Positions 37,010 to 44,542 of a stretch of 64,000 bases of DNA are shown piece by piece (the first letter of the stretch is position 1; every line of letters starts with the position of its first letter). Both the position numbers and the translations under genes were made by a program. The stretch covers positions 124,001-188,000 of the IMG/VR virus record IMGVR_UViG_3300031963_000004; one strand, written 5' to 3'. The notes below the pieces were generated by a model that did not search any database, was not told the origin of the DNA, and worked only from the letters and a program-made list of their open reading frames with translations.

Positions 37010-38766
37010 TTTTATTAAAAAATATTACATTACGAAACTTTCTAAGTATCGGAGCAGTAACACAAGCAGTTGATTTTAACAGATCGGATTTAACTCTTAT
37101 CTTAGGTGAAAACTTAGACCTAGGTGGCGACGGTGCCCGTAACGGTACGGGTAAAACCACATTGATTCAGGGACTCTGTTATGCGTTGTTCGGTAATCCA
37201 ATCAATAACATTCGCAAAGATAATCTAGTAAATCGAACAAACGGTAAGGGTATGTTAGTTACCCTAGAGTTTGAGGTTAACGGTGTTTCTTATAAAATAG
37301 AAAGAGGTCGTAAGCCGAATATACTTAGATTCTATGCAAACAATGAGCAAACATCTAAAGATGATGCGCAGGGTGAAAATAAAGAAACGCAAGCTGAGAT
37401 AGAAAAAGTCATTCACATGAGTTTGGATATGTTCAAGCATATCGTTGCGTTGAACACGTACTCTGAACCGTTCTTAGCTATGAAGGCTAACGACCAAAGA
37501 AACATCATTGAGCAATTACTTGGCATTACATTGTTAAGTGAGAAAGCAGAAGTAATTAAGGGCTTAATTAAAGATAGCAAAGATAATATTCAACAAGAGG
37601 AATTTAAAATAAAAGCTATTGAAGAAGCAAATAAAAGAGTTAAGGAGCAGATTGATTCATTAAGACGCAGACAGACGCTTTGGAAGCAAAAGCATGAAAC
37701 GGATTTGTCTGCTTTAGTTACAAAATATGATGAGTTGTCAAAGCTTGACATTGCGATAGAGTTGAAGGCGCACAAAGACTTGGCAGCTTATAATGAGAAG
37801 GTTAAAGATAAGACCGAAAAACAAAAATGGTTGACAAGTGCTGAGCTTTCGTTAGCCAAAGAAAACAAGTTGTTAGAAAAGCTTAATCTTGAGGTTGAGA
37901 AATTAAGAAAACATGAATGTTATGCTTGTGGTCAAACAATGCATGACGCTAAGCATGAAGAGGTTCTTGCTAGCAAAGAAAAGCAGTTACAGGAAACTGC
38001 GTTGCAAGTTTTATCTACCTCAGGTCAAATAGATGAATTAATAACACAAATTGCAGACATAGGCGACGTGGGTTCTATGCCTAAATGTTTCTATGATACT
38101 GAACAGTTGGCGTTCGAACACGCAGGTAAGATAACTAGCCTAGAAGAACAGATTGCTAAAAAATCAGAAGAAACTGATCCATATGCAGAACAAATCACTG
38201 ATATGGAAAATCAAGCATTACAAACTATAGACTTTGATGCAATCAATAAGATTACTAGGGTTATGGAGCATCAAAAGTTCCTATTAGATTTGTTAACAAG
38301 CAAAGATAGTTTTGTTCGTAAAAAGATTATTGATCAGAACCTAAGTTATTTGAACGCAAGATTGACACACTATCTTGACAAGATTGGACTACCCCATCAA
38401 GTTATATTCTTAAATGATCTAACCGTAGAAATTACAGAGTTGGGTCGTGAATTAGACTTTGATAACTTGTCTAGAGGTGAGCGTAATAGATTGATACTAG
38501 GATTAAGTTTTGCTTTTCGTGACGTGTGGGAGAACTTGTACACCCCAATCAATGCATTGTTTATTGACGAATTAATTGACAGTGGTCTCGATACTATGGG
38601 CGTTGAAAATAGTATTGCGATTTTAAAAGATATGTCACGTAGACGACAAAAATCTATTTGGTTAGTATCACATAGAGAAGAATTAGCAGGAAGGGTGCCT
38701 AGTGTCTTGAAGGTTATAAAAGAGGGTGGATTTACCTCATACTCATCCGCAGCCGAAATAGGATAA
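37006..38766 (+). CDS. gp46: Recombination ATPase subunit (gp46/Rad50/SbcC-like)
   Basis: Walker A NGTGKTT, coiled coil with CYACG zinc hook, LSRGE signature, Walker B FIDE and VSH. Confidence 0.95.
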   Translation: MILLKNITLRNFLSIGAVTQAVDFNRSDLTLILGENLDLGGDGARNGTGKTTLIQGLCYALFGNPINNIRKDNLVNRTNGKGMLVTLEFEVNGVSYKIERGRKPNILRFYANNEQTSKDDAQGENKETQAEIEKVIHMSLDMFKHIVALNTYSEPFLAMKANDQRNIIEQLLGITLLSEKAEVIKGLIKDSKDNIQQEEFKIKAIEEANKRVKEQIDSLRRRQTLWKQKHETDLSALVTKYDELSKLDIAIELKAHKDLAAYNEKVKDKTEKQKWLTSAELSLAKENKLLEKLNLEVEKLRKHECYACGQTMHDAKHEEVLASKEKQLQETALQVLSTSGQIDELITQIADIGDVGSMPKCFYDTEQLAFEHAGKITSLEEQIAKKSEETDPYAEQITDMENQALQTIDFDAINKITRVMEHQKFLLDLLTSKDSFVRKKIIDQNLSYLNARLTHYLDKIGLPHQVIFLNDLTVEITELGRELDFDNLSRGERNRLILGLSFAFRDVWENLYTPINALFIDELIDSGLDTMGVENSIAILKDMSRRRQKSIWLVSHREELAGRVPSVLKVIKEGGFTSYSSAAEIG

Positions 38767-38780
38767 TTTTATGCAAATTT

Positions 38781-38788
38781 GATAAATA
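38781..38788 (+). promoter_or_regulatory. Late promoter (GATAAATA) for the HNH gene
   Basis: Motif followed by AGGAG RBS and ATG 38815. Confidence 0.5.
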
Positions 38789-38814
38789 AGAAGTGAATCC
38801 AAACAGGAGAACTT

Positions 38815-39462
38815 ATGTTTATCAAAAACGAATCATATATTAGATACTATGAAATAATTGAAAATGCAAATAAAATTTGCCCAAGAACTATAAAAAAGAC
38901 TGAAGCAATGGAAATTAGAGGGTACATTGAAGATCATCACATCATACCTAAATGTTTAGGTGGAAAAGATGTTCTTTCTAACAAAGTATGGTTAACCGCA
39001 GAAGAACATTTCATATGTCATAAACTACTCACAGAAATGACGGTTGACACTGCTAATGGTAAAATGTGGAGTGCATTGTGGCGAATGATGAATAAACAAA
39101 GCAAAAATCAATCACGTGATTATCAAATAGATGCAAAAGAATATGCAATAGCTAGAGAACAAAATGCAAAAAATCATAGCATTAGGATGCAAGGTAGTTT
39201 GAACCCGTTTCATAATAAAAAACATTCTGATTCTACTAAAGAAGTTATGTCTGCTAAGAAAAAAGGTAAATCATACGAAGAAATTTTTGGTGCGACTAAG
39301 GCAAAAGAAATGCGACTCCGCAGAAGTAAAGAATCATTAGGAAAATTAAAAGGTCCTCAACAAAAAATTAAATGTTTGCATTGCGGGTCTGAAGGTGGGT
39401 TAGGGATTATGAAACGGTGGCACGGTGATAGATGTAAAAATTTAAATAACATACTAAAATGA
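38815..39462 (+). mobile_element. Free-standing HNH homing endonuclease with NUMOD3-like DNA-binding motif
   Basis: EDHHIIPKCLGG...N.V.LTAEEHFICHKLL; NPFHNKKHS..TK..MS; C-terminal C..C...RWH...C. Confidence 0.85.
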
Positions 39463-39944
39463 AATCGACATTATATCTAGATATGGACGGGGTCGTAGCT
39501 GACTTCAACAAATATGCGTATGACGTATTACGTGCGCCACCAACTGAGGGAGTTTACCCTAATGAGAAGTGGGTTAAGTTGCGTGATAATGAAAGATTGT
39601 ACAGAGATTTAGATAAAACTTCTTATGCGGATGAACTTATTGAGTTTTGTAGAGAGTTCGCATGGAACAAGTACAATTTAATATTTTTAACTGCTGTACC
39701 AAAAAACAATGACATGCATTGGTCATTCTACGATAAGGTAATGTGGGCGCACAAACATTTTCCAAACATACCTGTTCACTTTGGTCCGTTTAGTAAAGAT
39801 AAACATGTCCATTGTGTAATGGGAGACATATTAATTGATGACAGAACCAGCAACATAGAAGAATGGCGTAGTGCTGGTGGCATTGGAATACATCATAAAA
39901 CATTTAAAGATACAATTGAACAACTAAAAAATCTGCAGGATTAA
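39459..39944 (+). CDS. HAD-family 5'(3')-deoxyribonucleotidase-like protein
   Basis: LYLDMDGVVADF, LTAVP, K..W and ILIDDR..NI.EW...GG.GI. Confidence 0.85.
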   Translation: MKSTLYLDMDGVVADFNKYAYDVLRAPPTEGVYPNEKWVKLRDNERLYRDLDKTSYADELIEFCREFAWNKYNLIFLTAVPKNNDMHWSFYDKVMWAHKHFPNIPVHFGPFSKDKHVHCVMGDILIDDRTSNIEEWRSAGGIGIHHKTFKDTIEQLKNLQD

Positions 39945-39964
39945 GGAACTAGATAAGTAGACTC

Positions 39965-40525
39965 ATGCCATCACCACAGAAAGCTAAAGGATCAGGATTT
40001 GAGCGAGAAATTGCTAAGTATCTCAGTGAAACATACGGAGAGAGCTTTATTCGTGCGCCCGGATCCGGTGCTTATATAGGTGGCAAAAATCAGAATCGCA
40101 CTCAGATATTACATGAGGGCCAGATTCGCAGTTTCAAAGGGGATATTGTTCCCGGAGAAAGTTTTCCAAAATTCAATGCAGAATGTAAGTTCTATAGTGA
40201 CTTTGCATTTCATTTGTTGCTAACAGGTGAACATAAGGTTTTAGATGGTTGGATACAACAATTACTTGATGTAGCTGACCCGGGTGATTGCAACATACTT
40301 TTTATGAAGTTTAATAGAATAGGAAGATATGTAGCAGTGCAATGTCACTTAACATGGATCATTGATAATTTTACTTTTTATGCAAGTAAAAAAGTTGGTG
40401 ATTGGTATATAATAGAATTTGATCATTTTATGGCTCACAATAAAAATTTACTCAAGGCATATTCAGGCAACACAGGCACATCAGACACCAAGTCAAGCAC
40501 TTCATTACTTACAATAGACATTTAA
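39965..40525 (+). CDS. Putative Holliday junction resolvase (PD-(D/E)xK, Hjc-like)
   Basis: KAKGSGFEREIA..L...F.R.PGSGA...GDI...AECK. Confidence 0.75.
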   Translation: MPSPQKAKGSGFEREIAKYLSETYGESFIRAPGSGAYIGGKNQNRTQILHEGQIRSFKGDIVPGESFPKFNAECKFYSDFAFHLLLTGEHKVLDGWIQQLLDVADPGDCNILFMKFNRIGRYVAVQCHLTWIIDNFTFYASKKVGDWYIIEFDHFMAHNKNLLKAYSGNTGTSDTKSSTSLLTIDI

Positions 40526-40983
40526 TACAATTCGACGGTCAAGTTGTTGACCCTCCTTGAGGACGTACAGGTAGTGCTGTGCTGACGGATCTGGAGTACG
40601 CCTAAGATTAATCTTAGGGAACACCGACAGGGCAATCGTGTGGAGCGAACCCTGAATGAGTACATAGTTAACTTTGTCTTGCGACTATGTAACATGCGTT
40701 GCTGAGGCGTTATTTATAAGAAATAATAGTCTCACTACAGTCCCAATAAACTTTACAGAGCAACCGGTGGCGATTGACAGCGAAAAGGGCTAGTTAGTCG
40801 GGGAATAGACAACATGGGTGACGGTCATGGCAAGTAACCTTTACCAATGGTAGTGCTGAATAGCACTACCATGGATTCAAATCGGCAATTAGTTAATATA
40901 ATCCTATAATAAGAATAAGTCCGAACAAACGAATGAGCGATAGCGAATGAGTGTGAAGGACTTAGATTAGCGAAGCTAATCTC
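40526..40983 (+). ncRNA. Unclassified ~460-nt highly structured non-coding element (putative RNA)
   Basis: No ORF of 60 aa or more; GC-richer than the flanks; at least 10 helices, including nested CACCG/CGGTG and GTTGCT/AGCAAC pairings; G-U wobbles work only on the + strand. Confidence 0.65.
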
Positions 40984-41160
40984 TTAAAAGAATGGCATCT
41001 GAGATTTTTTTGTGGTTTCTAGGTTTTCTTCAATAATTTCGTTTAATGATTGGAGTTCTTCCGGGCTCATGTTTAATACATCTTCATAGGATACAGCTCC
41101 GCGCATATACCAGGCTATACGTTGTGCATTTTTCTTAATAGCCTTAACGTCTTTCTCCAT
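40984..41160 (-). CDS. gp51-like baseplate/tail assembly chaperone (58 aa from ATG; probably expressed as a -1 frameshift extension of the upstream gene)
   Basis: MEKDVKAIKKNAQRIAWYMRGAVSYEDVLNMSPEELQSLNEIIEENLETTKKSQMPFF; the frame stays open back to the slippery site at 41214-41220. Confidence 0.75.
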   Translation of the reverse strand: MEKDVKAIKKNAQRIAWYMRGAVSYEDVLNMSPEELQSLNEIIEENLETTKKSQMPFF

Positions 41161-41169
41161 GCCTTCTAT

Positions 41170-41220
41170 AAGCTTCCCGATACCCTCGGAGTCGAGGTAT
41201 AGAAGCTTTATTCGAAAAAA
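41170..41220 (-). promoter_or_regulatory. -1 programmed ribosomal frameshift signal (U UUU UUC, 5-nt spacer, stem-loop)
   Basis: mRNA reads GAU UUU UUC GAA UA AAGCUUC U AUACCUCG ACUC CGAGG G UAU CGG GAAGCUU. Confidence 0.75.
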
Positions 41221-42041
41221 TCGCTGATGTTCAACGTGAATGGTTGATCATATTCATGCTTACAATGTGTACATGCAATATGTAATGGTTTAATTTGTGT
41301 GGTTTCTCTTAATTTAATGCTGGTTTCACGAATCATTTCAAAGGTTTTCTTATCGGTATTATTGAGAAAATCTTTAATATAAGCCTTTTCAGATACTACT
41401 GCTTCAGGTGTAGCTATGTATTCTATAACATTAACTAATACATCAATTGTGCTGTCCCCGATTATTTTGAGAATTTCGGTACTTCTAGCCTCACGTTCTG
41501 GGCCTTCTTCCATAGAGTTTAGAGTGATAAATGCTCTTTGAATTTCTAATTGCCTTGCAGTGCTATTAGTAAGTTCTTTGTACATTAATGGTCTAAATTT
41601 AATACGTAAATTATCAATCATTAATGGTCTATCATAATCACCCGGGGCGAAGTTATTAAGTACAAAACTTAAATTTAATCCAAACTTACTATCTTCATTA
41701 CAATTTGGACATGTAGTATCTAAATCCATATCATTACCATTAGTCGCTATTTTAATAGCAACTAATATAGCATCCAAATCAACACTGCTTATAGCCCATG
41801 GGTCTTTAATACTAGGTACACAACTGCGTATTATCTCAGCCACCGCTGATCCATTGTATAATGCATCAGGTGTTTTACTGGTTATCTCATCAATAGCAGT
41901 CATAGGATAAACTGGTAGTTCACCAGTTTCTGTCATAACCAAAACATCAGGACCATATCCTTTCCCTTGAGTTGGTAATTTTAAATAGATTCCTGGTCTG
42001 CGAAAGTATTGCTTAAGTGGGTTATGTTCGATACTGCTCAT
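41208..42041 (-). CDS. Baseplate hub/tail assembly chaperone, T4 gp26-like
   Basis: NPLKQYFRRP.IY.KLP..G, PMTA.DE..KTPDAL.NG, D.DAIL.AI.IAT.G, two CxxC motifs (CPNC, CTHC) and C-terminal DFF. Confidence 0.75.
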   Translation of the reverse strand: MSSIEHNPLKQYFRRPGIYLKLPTQGKGYGPDVLVMTETGELPVYPMTAIDEITSKTPDALYNGSAVAEIIRSCVPSIKDPWAISSVDLDAILVAIKIATNGNDMDLDTTCPNCNEDSKFGLNLSFVLNNFAPGDYDRPLMIDNLRIKFRPLMYKELTNSTARQLEIQRAFITLNSMEEGPEREARSTEILKIIGDSTIDVLVNVIEYIATPEAVVSEKAYIKDFLNNTDKKTFEMIRETSIKLRETTQIKPLHIACTHCKHEYDQPFTLNISDFFE

Positions 42042-42070
42042 TCTATCTCCTAAAACGGTAATTTTTTGCG

Positions 42071-42097
42071 ACTAAATATAATAGTCAAATATTTAGT
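42071..42097. promoter_or_regulatory. Inverted pair of late promoters (ACTAAATAT...ATATTTAGT) serving the divergent gp26-like and tape-measure-like genes
   Basis: Perfect 9-bp inverted repeat in which each arm contains CTAAATA. Confidence 0.55.
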
Positions 42098-42109
42098 GGC
42101 AAAAAACAC

Positions 42110-44539
42110 ATGGCTGATATTCCTGATGACTTAAGAGATACAAGCGAAGATGCTTCCAGAGCGGCTAGGGAAGCTGCCAACGCCCTACGTAGGGCAGTAG
42201 AAGCAGAAGCAGAAAAAAGAGAAAGAATAGAAAGAGCTAAAGCCGGAGTTGAGCAGTTAGCCGGAAGTGCCATATCCTTTTCAAGAACTTTAACTGAAAA
42301 TTCGGGGAGTATGGGAAAATACGGATCTGCTATCGATCAAGCAGCTTCAGGGGTAGGTGATTTAGTAAGCTTGTTAGGACCTTTTGGTATAGTCGCAGGT
42401 TTATTAATAAAAGTTGTAGGTAAACTTGTAGGACAGGTTTTAAAAACAGACGATACTCTTATTCAGGGGTATGACAAATTAGCAGAGATGGGAGGTGCTA
42501 CTGCATTTAGCACCGACGGCTTAAGAGATTTAGCACTTGAAATGAAGTGGACTGTTAGCGACGGTGCATTTACGCAACTAGTAGATGTGGTCGCTGAATT
42601 TGGTAACAACGTAACAGGATTGGGCACAACAGCTGGCGTTGGTATTAAAAACTTCATGAAAATTGTCGAGATGGAACCTGTTGTTAGGGAAGAATTCACA
42701 CGCTTAGGTATAGGACAAAAAAAGGTAGCGCAATTACAAGCTTCATATCTTGCTAATGAAATAAAATTAGGTGGCCGTAGATACAAAGATAATGAAACTT
42801 TAAGAAAAGAATCATTATCTTATATAAGAAATTTAGTTGAGTTAAGTGCCTTAACTGGTGAAAATATTGATGAGATTAAGAAAAGGCAAGAAAACGATTT
42901 AAAAGACATTGGATATAATCTAGCGTTGCAAGAAAGAATGCAACAAAAGAATGGTCAACAACTTAAGTTGAATATTCAAAGAGGTGTTGAACTAGCAGGC
43001 CAAGTTGATGAAGGCTCACGTAAAGCAGTTATGGAAGTTGTTGCTAAGGGATCTGCCGTTGGTCCTGCCGCTGCTGCGCTACAGCAACGATTTAGTATGG
43101 CTGGTTTAGATTTTGTAGAAACAGTGCAATCATTCGAAAAGGGAATGATTAAAGAAGATGAGTTTAGAAGAAGATTTCAACAAGCTAATAAGGCTACATT
43201 TGAAAAATTAGGAAAAGGATTCCAACTAGATGCGCAAGGTTTAAGCAATGTTTATGCGATTTCTGCAAAAACAATGGAATTCCAATCTAAAACGATTGGT
43301 GAAAACACATCGCAGCAAGTAAAAGACGATGTTAAAAATGTCAAAGATAGAAAAGACGAAATAAAAGATGGTCAAGTTGCGATTCAAGATGCAACTACTC
43401 AATTAACCAGAGCGTTTGATGAATTTATAAAATTAATTTCTGGACCTGTACATGCTGCATTCAAAGGATTAATTTATTCATTGCAGGCATTAACTAAAGG
43501 TATAACGAAGTTTGTAAATTTTATTGGCTTAGCTAAAAATTTCGGTGATAAGTCTAAAGTAGATCCTACTATGCCATTTGCGTTTGATTCTATTGAAGAA
43601 TTACTTGATCAACAGATCGAATCAAATAAAGAAATGATTCGAATAGAAAAATTATTTAAAGAAAAAGGAACATCACCTAAATCAAAATTTGAAGATCCAA
43701 ATTCTGTAAAGGCCCTACTTAAGAATCCATCTTTAGTTAAAGAAAGATACAACTATCTTGAAGCAGAAGAAACATACAGGGGAACAACCCAACAATTAGA
43801 AAAACTTTTAGGTACTGAAGGATATAAAAAAGCATTAGAAGAAAGAGAGAAAAATTTAAGAGAAGGTAAAACAAAAGAAGAAGCGGCAAATAAGGAAGCA
43901 GCGAAGAATCAGCAACCAAAAGAATCAGCTACCGCAAATACTGTTGGACCACCTCAAACTCCTACAAGTACAACTACTGCGACGGTAAATACTAACGAAC
44001 AACCAAGAACAAGTACATCTGCTCCTAGCAATGGTCAACAACCAACACAAAAATTTATGCGAGGTGGTATCGCTAGGAATCCAAATCAAGCTAATAGCCT
44101 TGTTTCACATTTAGGTGGAAATGCCAAAATACCTTTACCGAATGGTATTAATTTACCAGCTGATGTTTCTTTATCTGAAGATTTACTATCAAAATTAATG
44201 TCAGCACAACCCGGTGCTAGTAATAACACTGACATTTTTGCATCACTTCAAAATGCTATGCAAAATATGAAAATAGATGCCGTACCTGCTAATTTTGAAA
44301 TGAATAGTAAAAATATATTGAGAGATACGGATAATATGGATAGTATTACAGGTAACTATGCAGAAACACTTAAAAAATCAATTGATAATACTATTAAGAT
44401 GCCCGAAAAATCTCAAATGAAATCTAATAATGTTAATGATATTTTATCTGTTATAGTTGAAAAAATGGATGTTTTAGCTAGTAAGATGAATGAAAACGTA
44501 GATAATCAATATACTACTTTACTAAAGAGTAGAAGATAA
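42110..44539 (+). CDS. Tape-measure-like protein 1
   Basis: Long Ala/Gly/Lys-rich helical protein with a hydrophobic segment (LLGPFGIVAGLLI); paralogous to the next gene; next to the chaperone gene. Confidence 0.6.
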   Translation: MADIPDDLRDTSEDASRAAREAANALRRAVEAEAEKRERIERAKAGVEQLAGSAISFSRTLTENSGSMGKYGSAIDQAASGVGDLVSLLGPFGIVAGLLIKVVGKLVGQVLKTDDTLIQGYDKLAEMGGATAFSTDGLRDLALEMKWTVSDGAFTQLVDVVAEFGNNVTGLGTTAGVGIKNFMKIVEMEPVVREEFTRLGIGQKKVAQLQASYLANEIKLGGRRYKDNETLRKESLSYIRNLVELSALTGENIDEIKKRQENDLKDIGYNLALQERMQQKNGQQLKLNIQRGVELAGQVDEGSRKAVMEVVAKGSAVGPAAAALQQRFSMAGLDFVETVQSFEKGMIKEDEFRRRFQQANKATFEKLGKGFQLDAQGLSNVYAISAKTMEFQSKTIGENTSQQVKDDVKNVKDRKDEIKDGQVAIQDATTQLTRAFDEFIKLISGPVHAAFKGLIYSLQALTKGITKFVNFIGLAKNFGDKSKVDPTMPFAFDSIEELLDQQIESNKEMIRIEKLFKEKGTSPKSKFEDPNSVKALLKNPSLVKERYNYLEAEETYRGTTQQLEKLLGTEGYKKALEEREKNLREGKTKEEAANKEAAKNQQPKESATANTVGPPQTPTSTTTATVNTNEQPRTSTSAPSNGQQPTQKFMRGGIARNPNQANSLVSHLGGNAKIPLPNGINLPADVSLSEDLLSKLMSAQPGASNNTDIFASLQNAMQNMKIDAVPANFEMNSKNILRDTDNMDSITGNYAETLKKSIDNTIKMPEKSQMKSNNVNDILSVIVEKMDVLASKMNENVDNQYTTLLKSRR

Positions 44540-44542
44540 TAC

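Noticed and set aside
40526-40983. Group I/II intron, retron or tRNA/tmRNA identity for the structured element
   Set aside because: It does not interrupt a gene, and I could not find convincing P7 or domain V motifs or a cloverleaf. The GACTAT/ATAGT match is explained by a local hairpin, and there is no reverse transcriptase in the window.
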